Below are positions 38,578 to 47,795 of a DNA stretch of 64,000 bases, one piece after another. The notes beneath the pieces are model-generated. The model was not told the origin of the DNA and did not search any database. It worked only from the letters and a program-made list of their open reading frames with translations. Made by a program: the position numbers and the translations under genes. The DNA lies in NCBI GenBank assembly GCA_039680575.1, contig JBDKSP010000023.1, positions 13,506 to 77,505 of the forward strand. The letters run 5' to 3'. Position 1 is the first letter of the stretch; each line of letters opens with the position of its first letter. Source of the DNA: Armatimonadota bacterium. GTDB taxonomy: Bacteria; Armatimonadota; UBA5829; DTLH01.

Positions 38578-38692
38578 AGCCTCTCCGGCTCGTCCAGAAT
38601 ATGATCTCCAGGCAATCTCTCTCCCGCATCAGCCGGTTTTCAGATTATACCCTCAGGGTAAAGGCATAAAAGGGCTGTGTTGAGGTTTCACA

Positions 38693-39265
38693 ATGGCGGA
38701 TGATGATGCGGGGGTATTCGAACCGTTTTTGGATGAAGACGAACTTATCCTGTGGACAGGTAAGCCGGATACGCATATTCTTCTCACACCTGCTGATGTA
38801 CTCCTTGTACCGGTCAGTATATTGATCGGTATTTCGTTCATAAACAGGGGGTTGAAGTATATATTCGGAGGTATCGACATAGGCTACGCTGTGCTTGCAG
38901 TATGGGGAACGCTCTTTATCCTCATGGGCGGCTATTTGATGCTCGGCAGGTTATTCTATAAAATCTGGAGGAAGAAGCGCACCCATTACGCGCTGACCAA
39001 CAGGCGGATACTGGTGTATGCCCGCGGCAGGCGGATGGTGGCAGAGGAGATTTTACAGATACCGGCGCTTGGTAGGTCCGTCCGCACGAACGGTAGCGGC
39101 ACGATCACATTCGGACCGTCCCCATTTACCGCGTCCTGGTGCGGAAATACCGGAATGAACTGCCTCGCAGGGTTCGACCACTGGGACTTACTTGGGTTCC
39201 ACGACATCAAAGACGCAAACCACGTCTACGCGATTCTCGAGACGCTCCGGGGACATTGGCGGTAG
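38693..39265 (+). CDS. Hypothetical membrane protein (bacterial PH-like / DUF304-like topology)
   Basis: 190 aa. DELILWTGKP, then two TM helices, then HYALTNRRILVY, reminiscent of YdbS/YdbT-type bPH proteins. Weak call. Confidence 0.45.
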   Translation: MADDDAGVFEPFLDEDELILWTGKPDTHILLTPADVLLVPVSILIGISFINRGLKYIFGGIDIGYAVLAVWGTLFILMGGYLMLGRLFYKIWRKKRTHYALTNRRILVYARGRRMVAEEILQIPALGRSVRTNGSGTITFGPSPFTASWCGNTGMNCLAGFDHWDLLGFHDIKDANHVYAILETLRGHWR

Positions 39266-39268
39266 GGT

Positions 39269-40147
39269 TTATCCCTTCATCCCGCTCATTACCACTCCCT
39301 GTACGAAGTAGCGCTGTGCGAGGAAGAAGATGACGAGCACGGGGATGAGGACGGCGGTCGATGCAGCCATGAGCGAGACTATATCCACTCCCCACACGTC
39401 CTGGAACGTCGCAAGCCCCAGTGCGAGGGTCCGTTTATTCACGGAGTTCAGGTAAATGAGCGGGGTCATGAAGTCGTTCCAGTGGGCGACGAACGCGAAT
39501 ACCGCCACGGTCACGACTACCGGCTTGGAGAGCGGCATGAACACCTGCCAGTAGGTCCGAAGCGGCGAACACCCGTCGATTTTTGCGGCGTCCTCGAGGT
39601 CGCTTGGGATAGAAAGGAAAAACTGCCGCATCAAAAAGATATAGAACGCGCTTCCGAAGAAAGCCGGGACGTACAGCGGCAGGAGCGTGTCATACCACCC
39701 GATGCTGCGGAAGATTATGAACCGGGGGATCATAAGCACCTCGCCGGGGAGCATAATCGTCGCAAGTACGAGGTAGAAAAGCAGGTCCTTGCCCGGAGCT
39801 TTGAGCCGCGCAAAGCCGTATGCGACTATCGAGCTTGATAAGACGGTTCCGATGACCGAAAGCACCGTCACTTCAAGGGTGTTTATCAGGTAAAGGTGAA
39901 ACGGCATGATCGTGAGGGCTTTCGGGTAGTTGCTCCAGAGAATCTTGTGAGGCAAAAGGTTCAGCCCGGAGGATGCGACCTCGACAGGGTCTTTGAGCGA
40001 GATCGAGATCATCCACAAAAACGGCAGCACAAAGAGCGCAGCGCCCGCGATGAGTGCCGAATAACCAAGCGTCGAGCATATACCTCGCCGTGCTTTTATG
40101 CCAAATCCATTTTTTTCGCCTGTTGTGGCCGTATCAACTCTTTTCAT
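39269..40147 (-). CDS. Carbohydrate ABC transporter permease (MalG/BPD_transp_1 type), orphan
   Basis: 292 aa, 6 TM, EAA loop EDAAKIDGCSPLRTYWQVFMPL. There is no partner permease, ATPase or binding-protein gene on either side. Confidence 0.85.
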   Translation of the reverse strand: MKRVDTATTGEKNGFGIKARRGICSTLGYSALIAGAALFVLPFLWMISISLKDPVEVASSGLNLLPHKILWSNYPKALTIMPFHLYLINTLEVTVLSVIGTVLSSSIVAYGFARLKAPGKDLLFYLVLATIMLPGEVLMIPRFIIFRSIGWYDTLLPLYVPAFFGSAFYIFLMRQFFLSIPSDLEDAAKIDGCSPLRTYWQVFMPLSKPVVVTVAVFAFVAHWNDFMTPLIYLNSVNKRTLALGLATFQDVWGVDIVSLMAASTAVLIPVLVIFFLAQRYFVQGVVMSGMKG

Positions 40148-40204
40148 CGTATATAGTTATACTACGACTTGTGCCGCCGGTGCAATTCCCGTTTCTGAGT
40201 CATC

Positions 40205-40420
40205 AGCTTTTGAAACGCGGATTACGCAGATAAAACGGATTTCGCGAATGGTGGAGATTTGCAGCACCTGCTGATGGACCGGGGGATCATGCCCCGGTCT
40301 CCATTCTCCAGGGCATCCATGTCCTTTACCTATGCTTTGGGATAACATTCCGAAGTGCGAGTCTCCACCAATCCCTTTAGAATACGGAAGCGCTAGCTTC
40401 CGCTTTTCTATCGACATTCA
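40205..40420. repeat. Family-C modular repeat
   Basis: ACGCGGATTACGCAGATAAAACGGATTTCGCGAATGGTGGAGA; CTGATGGACCGGGGGATCATGCCCCGGTCTCCATTCTCCAGGGCATCCATG (inverse of 5965-6020); TGCTTTGGGATAACATTCCGAAGTGCGAGTCTCCACCAATCCC. Confidence 0.65.
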
Positions 40421-40523
40421 CTTTATCGCCAAATCCCCGTAATTCGCGTTTCCAATCCATTGTATAATATACTATTGATGCCGCGTCTAATGTACGCGGC
40501 TACATCGAACTTAATAATCCATC

Positions 40524-40532
40524 TGTTATAAT
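40524..40532 (+). promoter_or_regulatory. Extended -10 element (TGTTATAAT) upstream of prfB
   Basis: Exact TGnTATAAT, 34 nt upstream of the TTG start. The -35 is poor. Confidence 0.4.
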
Positions 40533-40565
40533 AGCTAACAGATGAAGAGAAGGTGGTGTTACTAG

Positions 40566-41676
40566 TTGCTCGTTGATGTTAAACGAGAAATCGAAAGTCT
40601 TTTGGCCGAACTAGTGGAATTGGGTGGCCATCTTTGACTTGGCCGGTAAGCAAGTCGAGATAGAAAAACTTGAGCAAAGTACGACAGAGCCTGGGTTCTG
40701 GGACGATTCGCAGGAAGCCCAGAAAGTACTCCAGGAGCTGAACCAGATAAAAAGCTCTATCGATCCGATACAAGAGCTTGAGCGTAGGCTCGAAGACCTG
40801 CAGGTCCTGGTGGAGCTTGCAGAAGAAGAAGAGGCAAGCGAAGAGGATATCAAGGAAATCGAGCAAGAAGCCGAGGACATTCTGCGGGAGTTCAAGCAGT
40901 TCGAGTTATCGACTCTGCTCTCGGGTGAGCACGATAGATCGAGCGCGATTGTCGAGATCAATGCGGGCGCGGGCGGCACGGAAGCCTGCGACTGGGCCGA
41001 TATGCTCCTTCGGATGTACCTCAGGTGGGCTGAGCGGCATGGTTACCGCGCGGAAATCATCGATACCGTCGCTGGTGAGATGGCCGGATACAAAAAAGTG
41101 ACCTTCCTTGTTGAGGGAAGAAATGCCTACGGCTATCTGAAAGCTGAACGGGGAGTCCACCGGCTGGTGCGGATTTCGCCGTTCGATGCAAACAAACGGC
41201 GGCACACGTCGTTTGCATCCGTGGATGTCATTCCAGAGATCGATGAGACTGAAGAGGTCCACATCAACCCTGAGGAAATAAGGATCGATACTTTCAGAGC
41301 GTCGGGGGCGGGCGGCCAGCATGTAAACAAGACCGATTCCGCGGTTCGGATTACACATATACCTACCGGAATAGTGGTTTCCTGCCAGAATGAGCGCTCG
41401 CAGCACAGTAACCGCGATATGGCGATGAAAGTCCTTCAGGCGAGGCTGCTGGAACTGCAGCGGGCAGAGGATGAAGCCCGGATGGCGGAGATTCGCGGTG
41501 ACCTCAGGGCTATTCAGTGGGGAAACCAGATAAGGTCATACGTTTTCCAGCCGTATACCATGGTCAAGGACCACCGGACCGGCTATGAAGCCGGAGATGT
41601 TATCCGGGTTATGGACGGCGATATAGATGATTTTATTCAGGCATTTCTAACAGCGCCAAAACAGGGCATCAGTTAA
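40566..41676 (+). CDS. prfB: Peptide chain release factor 2, made by programmed +1 frameshift: join(40566..40634,40636..41676)
   Basis: Frame-0 leader TTG...MLVDVKREIESLLAELVELGGHL stops at TGA 40635-40637. The +1 frame continues DLAGKQVEIEKLEQ... and contains SPF and SGAGGQHVNKTDSAVR. RBS AAGGTGGTG lies before the TTG. Confidence 0.9.
40622..40638 (+). promoter_or_regulatory. RF2 autoregulatory +1 frameshift site
   Basis: GGGTGG CCAT CTT TGA C: internal SD-like GGGTGG 4 nt before the slippery CTT, and an in-frame UGA followed by C. Confidence 0.85.
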
Positions 41677-41799
41677 TGCAAGTAACGTCTTGGTTACGTG
41701 AGAAGTAGTTTTTCTACGAGCGGGAATAGGAATAAGCATAAAGGAATTATCTTTCCGTTATCTGTTTCTTCCTAATTACCGCCCGAAGGTGGTGTAAAA

Positions 41800-42462
41800 A
41801 TGATGAGGGCGAGAATAGTTCGGTTTGGATGGATTGTGGCGATTGTGCTCATAGCCATGAGCGGTGCGTTTGCGGCAACGACAACGAGCCGGAGCGCGCT
41901 GGGGACTTCGGGTGTGCAGAAGTCCGAGGTCTCGCTTGGCGATCTGGTGGCGGATGCAATCCGTGCATCGGCAGGCGCGAATGTCGCATTTGTGAGTGCA
42001 AGCGAGCTGAAGGAATCCGTTACACAAATCTCTGCAGGCAAGGTTTCCACGGAAGATGTTACGGCTTATGTAGCCTATACGGACGATCCGATAGTCGTGG
42101 TAAAGCTCACCGGAAGGCAGATCAAACAGGCGCTTGAGCGAAGCGTGCTCATCTACCCCAAGAACAATCTTGGTTTTCTCCAGGTGTCGGGACTCAGCTT
42201 CACGTTCAACCCCGACGGGCCGCAGGAGGGCAGGCTGGTCTCCGTGAACGTAGGCGGCAGCCCCATCTCCGACAGCGCTGCTTATTCCGTCGCTATGACA
42301 AGCAGTATGGCTAATGGGGCGCTCGGCTACTGGAAGATATGGACCAAGAACGACATCGTAAACACGACTGATGTGACCATTCCAAAAGCAATAGACCAGT
42401 TTTTTACCGGTAATAGCAGCATCGATTATTCGAACCTTAACCGTATAAAGGCTGGTAAGTAA
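41800..42462 (+). CDS. Secreted 5'-nucleotidase C-terminal-domain protein (UshA-like substrate-binding domain only)
   Basis: 220 aa. Signal peptide; GDLVADAIRASAGANVAFVSA, LTGRQIKQALERSV and FLQVSGLSFTFNP fit the 5'-nucleotidase C-terminal domain. Confidence 0.65.
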   Translation: MMRARIVRFGWIVAIVLIAMSGAFAATTTSRSALGTSGVQKSEVSLGDLVADAIRASAGANVAFVSASELKESVTQISAGKVSTEDVTAYVAYTDDPIVVVKLTGRQIKQALERSVLIYPKNNLGFLQVSGLSFTFNPDGPQEGRLVSVNVGGSPISDSAAYSVAMTSSMANGALGYWKIWTKNDIVNTTDVTIPKAIDQFFTGNSSIDYSNLNRIKAGK

Positions 42463-42502
42463 TATACCGCCTGGAGGCGCCCTCCTCCGGGCAATTTACT
42501 AA

Positions 42503-43462
42503 ATGGAAGATGAGGACAGGCTCTTGAATCGATCTCTTCGCGCCGCGGCCATTGTCGCGGTATTTATACTATTGTCCGGCTGTGGGACCAAGACCGATAG
42601 AGCTTCGGCGTTCGATGGAATACGCGCTTATGAGCTTCTCAAAAAGCAATGTACTTTCGGCCCGCGCTACCCCGGTGTCAAAGGACATAAAGACACTCTG
42701 GAATTCATTCAATCCGAGCTGAAACCGCTCGCGGACGAGGTTGCCACTCATACTTTCAAGTATGACGCCGGAGGTAAGACTATCGAGCTTTCGAATGTCT
42801 ATGCGGTGTTCAACCCCGATGCATCTCACTTTGTGCTCTTATGCGCCCACTGGGATACCCGCCCTTGCGCCGATCAGGAAATCGATGAAGCCAAAAGTAA
42901 AAAGCCGGTTCCGGGTGCGAACGACGGCGCGTCCGGCACTGCAGTCCTTCTTGAGCTTGCCCGGATATTCAATAACAAAAAGCCCGATGTCGGTGTTGTT
43001 ATGGCGTTTTTTGATGGTGAAGACTACGGTCCCGGCGAAAATGACATGTTTATTGGGTCGAAGGAGTTCGCCAAGAACTGGAAGACGGCCGTCCAGCCCA
43101 AAGGCAGGCAGATCAAATACGACTACGGCATCCTGTTGGATATGGTCGGAGACAGAGATCTCCAGATCGCCAAAGAGGTGTTTTCTTATCGGAAGGCGCC
43201 TCAAGTCGTCGACAAGGTCTGGGCAGCCGCGAAAAAAATCGGTTACGACAACGCTTTTCTGGATGAAGAACGCCACATGCTGCAGGATGACCACCTGCCG
43301 CTCTGCGCCGCAGGGATTTCCTGCATAGACGTGATCGATTTCAACTATGCCTATTGGCATACAATCGACGATACCCCCGATAAGTGCAGCGCCAAGTCCT
43401 TACAGACAGTGGGAAATGTCATATCAAAGGTAATCTATGATGAGGGTGCGCGGGCGAAGTGA
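42503..43462 (+). CDS. M28-family metallopeptidase / glutaminyl-cyclase-like protein
   Basis: 319 aa. CAHWDTRP, GANDGASGTAVLLELA, FFDGEDYG. Confidence 0.75.
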   Translation: MEDEDRLLNRSLRAAAIVAVFILLSGCGTKTDRASAFDGIRAYELLKKQCTFGPRYPGVKGHKDTLEFIQSELKPLADEVATHTFKYDAGGKTIELSNVYAVFNPDASHFVLLCAHWDTRPCADQEIDEAKSKKPVPGANDGASGTAVLLELARIFNNKKPDVGVVMAFFDGEDYGPGENDMFIGSKEFAKNWKTAVQPKGRQIKYDYGILLDMVGDRDLQIAKEVFSYRKAPQVVDKVWAAAKKIGYDNAFLDEERHMLQDDHLPLCAAGISCIDVIDFNYAYWHTIDDTPDKCSAKSLQTVGNVISKVIYDEGARAK

Positions 43463-44277
43463 TAGATTACCACGTACATTCGACCTATTCAGGCGACTCG
43501 CCCACCAGGCTCCGCGATATGTGCGCGAAGGCCGTCGAGACAGGGATTGACGAGATCGTCTTTACGGAACATCTGGACTACACTCCTACGGACATATCTT
43601 ACGGCAGCTTGGTCTACTCCAGGTGGATGGACGAGATTGCTGCAGCACGGGAAGAGTTTTCGGGCAGGCTTACCATCCTCTCCGGCGTGGAAGTGGATTA
43701 TCAGGAGAAGTATCTGCCAGAGATCGAGGGTTTTCTGGGCTCGCATGAGCTCGATTTCGTCCTGGTCTCAGCCCATTATGTCCACGGGATTCTTCTTGAA
43801 GAACACGAGAAATATTTCCCCGGAAAGAGCGAGCGCGAGGCGTATCTGCCGTACTTCGAGGCTGCGCTTGCGGCAGTAGAGACAGGGCTTTTCGACGGGC
43901 TGGCGCACATGGACCTCTGTAAGCGGCATGGCGCGAGATACTACGGTAAATTCGACCTCGACAGATATTTACCCCAGGTCGAAGATATCCTGAAAGCCTT
44001 GATCCGGCACGATATGGCGCTCGAAGTCAATACGTCGGGCTTACGGCAGGCTCCGGGCGAAATGTACCCGTCTTTGGAGACTCTGGAGCTTTACACAAGT
44101 CTCGGCGGCAGGAAAGTGACCATCGGATCGGACTCTCACCTCGTTCAGCACCTGGGATTCGGACTTTCGGACGGCGTAAAAGCGATAAAGAGCGCCGGAA
44201 TATCCGAAATTGCCCGATACAGAAGAAGAGTGGAGCAGATATCTGTATATTCTTCTCCTGAAATTCACGCTCTGTAG
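43459..44277 (+). CDS. Histidinol-phosphatase, PHP family (HisJ/HisK type)
   Basis: 272 aa. IDYHVHSTYSGDS, SAHY, GSDSH. 4-nt overlap with the preceding gene. The last ~250 nt are overlapped antisense by the recombinase ORF. Confidence 0.8.
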   Translation: MIDYHVHSTYSGDSPTRLRDMCAKAVETGIDEIVFTEHLDYTPTDISYGSLVYSRWMDEIAAAREEFSGRLTILSGVEVDYQEKYLPEIEGFLGSHELDFVLVSAHYVHGILLEEHEKYFPGKSEREAYLPYFEAALAAVETGLFDGLAHMDLCKRHGARYYGKFDLDRYLPQVEDILKALIRHDMALEVNTSGLRQAPGEMYPSLETLELYTSLGGRKVTIGSDSHLVQHLGFGLSDGVKAIKSAGISEIARYRRRVEQISVYSSPEIHAL

Positions 44278-45763
44278 TAAGGTACATATCAGCCGGGCTT
44301 CGTGCCCTATTTGTCATCATTTCTGATGGAGATGGCAGGTAGCAGAGATCGATGCTGACTTCATCCTTATCGATGGTTATGCGTTCCGTTATGTTCTCTA
44401 TAATCTTGCGCTTCTGATCATAAGACAGCTCCTGCCAGCGGGAATGAAGGTCCTTGGCTTCTTGAAGGATTTCGTCACTGGAAAGGAACTGGATTTTGAG
44501 GAAGTCTATCTCTGCCTGTAGTTCAGGTATATGCTCCACAATCTGATTCTTCCTTTCTTCAAGCGGCTTATAGCGCTCCCCGAACCCAGCCGGAGTGATT
44601 TGTCCCTCGACATATAGCCTATAGATTAGATCCATCTCTTGCGTGACTTTCTTCTCATCCTCAAGCAGGGTTTGCAGCAGATCCTCTTTCTCACTGATTA
44701 CGTTATTAGCTTGGCTGAGATAATTGTTGATTTCCACGGGGGAAAAGAAAAATGCCTTAAGCTGTCCTTGGAATATCTCTTCAAGGTCGCTGACACCTAT
44801 TTTGTTGCGGCACTTGGAACAAGTATATTTGGGTGAGTTTGAAGGGACGTACATCTTGTTTCCGCACTCGCAGAAGACCACACCCGTGAAAAGATGTGCG
44901 ACTTTTTTCGCCGGACGCTTATTGCTTTTTTCCTGCTCATCAAGAATCTGGTTGCACTGGAGCCAGAGGTCTTCGGAGACAATCGGCTCAACCTCGGTAT
45001 AAATCCATTCCTCCTTGGGCTTGAGAATGCACTTTTTGCCACTCACATTCCGCGTATAGTTGGCTCGATGCTGTCCTTTTGCTGTCGAGTCTCGTAGAAG
45101 TCTCTCTATTGCTGTGCCAGAGAATAGTGCACCCTCCCTCGTCCTATAACCTGCCTCATTAAGAAGCCTTGCCACTCTTTTCTTCCTGCGATGCTCAAAG
45201 AAAAGTTCATATATCTGCTTTCTGATAGGAGCCTCATTTGGATCGGGAACGAGTTCTTTTTCAACCCATCTGTATCCATAGACCGCTTTGCCGCCAAGAG
45301 GCTTTCCCAGCTTTGCTCTGATAGGGACTGAAGCAGCTACTCTGCTGGCAATTTCTTCTCGCTCCCACTGAGCCATTGCAGCTATCATCGTATAGAAAAG
45401 TCTGCCAGCAGGGGTGGAGGTATCGATAGACTCCTGAAGAGAGATGAGATCAGCATTGTGGTTGCTGAAAATATCAGCGAATTCCAGGAGTTCCTTGGTG
45501 TTGCGTGCAAGCCGAGCCAGCTTGGAGAAAATGAGGCCCGTGATGTGGCCGTTTCTAATATCATCGAGCATCCTTTTTGCTTCAGGATGGTTCATTACAG
45601 ACTTACCACTTACAGCTTCAAGGTGGTAGACCTCTCGAACCTGCCAGCCCTTGGATTCGGCATAAAACCTGGCCCGTTTCTCATGATGTTCGGGACTTTC
45701 ACCCCTTGCCTGGTCTTCTGTTGATACTCTAATCCAAATCCCAACCTGCTTTATCTTTTCCAT
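44027..45763 (-). CDS. Large serine recombinase 1 (integrase-type) with a read-through tail into host sequence
   Basis: 578-aa ORF. Catalytic VGIWIRVSTEDQ, FSKLARLARNT, recombinase domain, zinc ribbon CECGNKMYVPSNSPKYTCSKC, coiled coil. There is no stop until 44027, ~250 nt inside antisense hisK. Confidence 0.85.
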   Translation of the reverse strand: MEKIKQVGIWIRVSTEDQARGESPEHHEKRARFYAESKGWQVREVYHLEAVSGKSVMNHPEAKRMLDDIRNGHITGLIFSKLARLARNTKELLEFADIFSNHNADLISLQESIDTSTPAGRLFYTMIAAMAQWEREEIASRVAASVPIRAKLGKPLGGKAVYGYRWVEKELVPDPNEAPIRKQIYELFFEHRRKKRVARLLNEAGYRTREGALFSGTAIERLLRDSTAKGQHRANYTRNVSGKKCILKPKEEWIYTEVEPIVSEDLWLQCNQILDEQEKSNKRPAKKVAHLFTGVVFCECGNKMYVPSNSPKYTCSKCRNKIGVSDLEEIFQGQLKAFFFSPVEINNYLSQANNVISEKEDLLQTLLEDEKKVTQEMDLIYRLYVEGQITPAGFGERYKPLEERKNQIVEHIPELQAEIDFLKIQFLSSDEILQEAKDLHSRWQELSYDQKRKIIENITERITIDKDEVSIDLCYLPSPSEMMTNRARSPADMYLTTEREFQEKNIQISAPLFFCIGQFRIFRRSLSLLRRPKVRIPGAERGESPIRWSLSCRRDLCKAPESPKTGTFRPEPAVSPTY

Positions 45764-45829
45764 TCATTTCACCCATAGATATATAGCTGTGGGATTGTAA
45801 CGCCCCATCATGAAAGTTGTCAACAAGAG

Positions 45830-47116
45830 TCAAGAAGTGCTGGACTGTATCTCTTTCTCAACCTCGAACCTCGGACGTCCATACTTGACCCTTGAGAATT
45901 CGACTATCTCTCTCCTTAACGATTGCACAGCTGCTGGTGGCGGTAAAGTCCTGGCGCTGAACGGCTTGGAGGTTGTGCCATCTATCATCAGCTTAAGGTA
46001 GATGCAATATCTTGGAAGGTTGATAAGGTCATTGGCATCAAAAGCTGGACGGAACTCCTTAGTCAAAAAAGGAGCATCTTCTGCTCCAACACGAAAAGAG
46101 ATAACTGTTCCGACATTACCGAAGATGGCAGACCTTACCTTTTCATCAAGCTGCGCTATGTATTGATGTGCCAGGACCAGGTCCAGACCATATTTACGTG
46201 ACTCAGAGAGAATATCAGCAAAAGCCGGAGTAAGATAGTTATGCACCTCATCAACATAAAGGTGAAAAGGCTTTCTTTTTTCTTCCGGTATATCAGCTCT
46301 GCCTATAGCAGAAAGCATTATCTTACTTACAAGCAAAGTGCCAAACAGTGAGCTGGTATCTTCACCAATCCTGCCTTTCGAGAGGTTTGCTATCAGTATC
46401 TTTCCTTCATCCATTACCCTGCGGAGATTAAAGGAGCTTTCACTCTGGCCGAGTATATAGCGGATGTAAGGGCTTGCCACAAGCTGCCCTGTTTTGTTGA
46501 GTATTGGTGAAATAGTCTCAGAGCTTTTAGCAGCTCCAGGCTTACCCGCCTGAAGTTTCCAGAAGTCTAAAATGTGCCTGTCTTTAATGTCTTTTAGAAC
46601 AATTTCTCTAAAGGACAAGTCCGTAAGGATCCGAGGCAGGTCCAAAAGAGTGCTTCCAGGATGTTCAAGGAGAGTAAGCAACGAAAAACGGAGTATATGC
46701 TCAAGTCTCGGTCCCCAGTAGTCCGGCCAGACCTTCTTGAAGATGGAGATGAGGTCAGATGCAATCAGGTAACGCTGCTTAGCATTTACTTCCTCCAGCG
46801 GGTTAAATGCAATCGGATATTCAAGGTCAGAAGGGTTAAAAAAGATAATGTCTTCCATCCGGTCTTCAGGAACATAGTTCAAAATATCTTCAGCCAGGTC
46901 TCCGTGAGGGTCAATGAGTGCAAGTCCTTCACCCCTTTTTATGTCCGAGACCAGCATGTTCTTTAAGAGCGTAGATTTACCAGTGCCGGTCTTACCGATC
47001 ACATACATATGGTTTCGGCGATCCCTTTTTCTGATGCCAAAAACATCCCTTCGATCTCTAAAGTCTGTTACGGCAAAGGTGGTGACCTGATTCTCATCAT
47101 CATTGTTTGTCCTCAT
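45830..47116 (-). CDS. TraD/VirD4 (type IV coupling protein)-like P-loop ATPase, soluble form
   Basis: 428 aa. Walker A GKTGTGKST, IDPHGDL, Walker B HLYVDEVHNY, SRKYGLDLVLAHQYIAQL, GTVISFRVG. No N-terminal TM segments. Same strand as recombinase 1 and 66 nt upstream of it. Confidence 0.6.
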   Translation of the reverse strand: MRTNNDDENQVTTFAVTDFRDRRDVFGIRKRDRRNHMYVIGKTGTGKSTLLKNMLVSDIKRGEGLALIDPHGDLAEDILNYVPEDRMEDIIFFNPSDLEYPIAFNPLEEVNAKQRYLIASDLISIFKKVWPDYWGPRLEHILRFSLLTLLEHPGSTLLDLPRILTDLSFREIVLKDIKDRHILDFWKLQAGKPGAAKSSETISPILNKTGQLVASPYIRYILGQSESSFNLRRVMDEGKILIANLSKGRIGEDTSSLFGTLLVSKIMLSAIGRADIPEEKRKPFHLYVDEVHNYLTPAFADILSESRKYGLDLVLAHQYIAQLDEKVRSAIFGNVGTVISFRVGAEDAPFLTKEFRPAFDANDLINLPRYCIYLKLMIDGTTSKPFSARTLPPPAAVQSLRREIVEFSRVKYGRPRFEVEKEIQSSTS

Positions 47117-47258
47117 AAAACCACGATAACAATCCCCATTGACACATAAAGCAGTGATATGTTGCCGACCGAAGCAAATATCTCTGCCTTTCTTGGATAT
47201 TTAAATCAGCTATTTTAAGTTCAGGTCTTTAGCAAAAATGCAAAAGGAGGGGCACATA

Positions 47259-47510
47259 ATGCCTGATAGTAAAAGACTGAACGCTGAATACTTCAAGGAG
47301 CCAGGATCGCTAATCTATGAGTTCGCTGCATATCTTGCAGGAAATCGTATCGGTCATGGCACAAGCCTGGCTTTCTACTGCAAAGAAGACCTTATGCAAG
47401 CTGTAGAGAAGTTCAAGGCAGGTTCTGAAGAGAAGGAAGAGATTACTTCCTGGATAGACACATTGCTCTTTGATGAAAACAACCGTATCGCGTTTTCATT
47501 CGTCTGGTAG
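47259..47510 (+). CDS. Hypothetical protein (83 aa)
   Basis: ATG 47259 is preceded by AAGGAGGGG at 6-nt spacing: MPDSKRLNAEYFKEPGSLIYEF... No family recognised. Confidence 0.5.
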   Translation: MPDSKRLNAEYFKEPGSLIYEFAAYLAGNRIGHGTSLAFYCKEDLMQAVEKFKAGSEEKEEITSWIDTLLFDENNRIAFSFVW

Positions 47511-47521
47511 GAGGTGAAGAG

Positions 47522-47713
47522 ATGTCACGCTGGACAATATGTTTTAATGCTGTAGTGATCGTCAGCGTAGAAGCTGACAGGGTAGATCAGGCTCTGATCA
47601 GGGCTGTGAGAACGCTGTGTATCCTCGGACTCCTTACTGAAGTTATATGCCGCTTTCCCTGCATCATTATTGTTATCAAAGATATGCAGACAAATACGGT
47701 AGACAGTGAGTGA
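47522..47713 (+). CDS. Hypothetical small protein (63 aa)
   Basis: Strong RBS GGAGGTG 5 nt before the ATG, immediately after the preceding stop. The hydrophobic/Cys-rich sequence leaves its coding status uncertain. Confidence 0.3.
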   Translation: MSRWTICFNAVVIVSVEADRVDQALIRAVRTLCILGLLTEVICRFPCIIIVIKDMQTNTVDSE

Positions 47714-47795
47714 CGGAAAGACAGGCGTTCCGTTCTTCATTTAAACAAAGGCCACTTATTATTGAGTGGCCTGACATTTATAGGTTGGAGGGTAG

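Noticed and set aside
40157-40417. 86-aa minus-strand ORF upstream of the orphan permease
   Set aside because: It lies entirely within the family-C repeat block. The homologous repeat at 5965-6020 is not in a conserved frame.
44224-44232. 9-bp inverted match AGAAGAGTG (44224-44232) / CACTCTTCT (59187-59195) near the two recombinase gene ends, considered as possible att-related sequence
   Set aside because: A single 9-mer match is expected by chance at roughly this frequency given the number of positions compared. Serine integrase att sites need not share more than 2 bp. No flanking symmetry supports it.
47525-47740. 71-aa minus-strand ORF overlapping the 63-aa + strand ORF
   Set aside because: No RBS, and it is antisense within a + strand operon. 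The + strand ORF at least has a strong GGAGGTG RBS.
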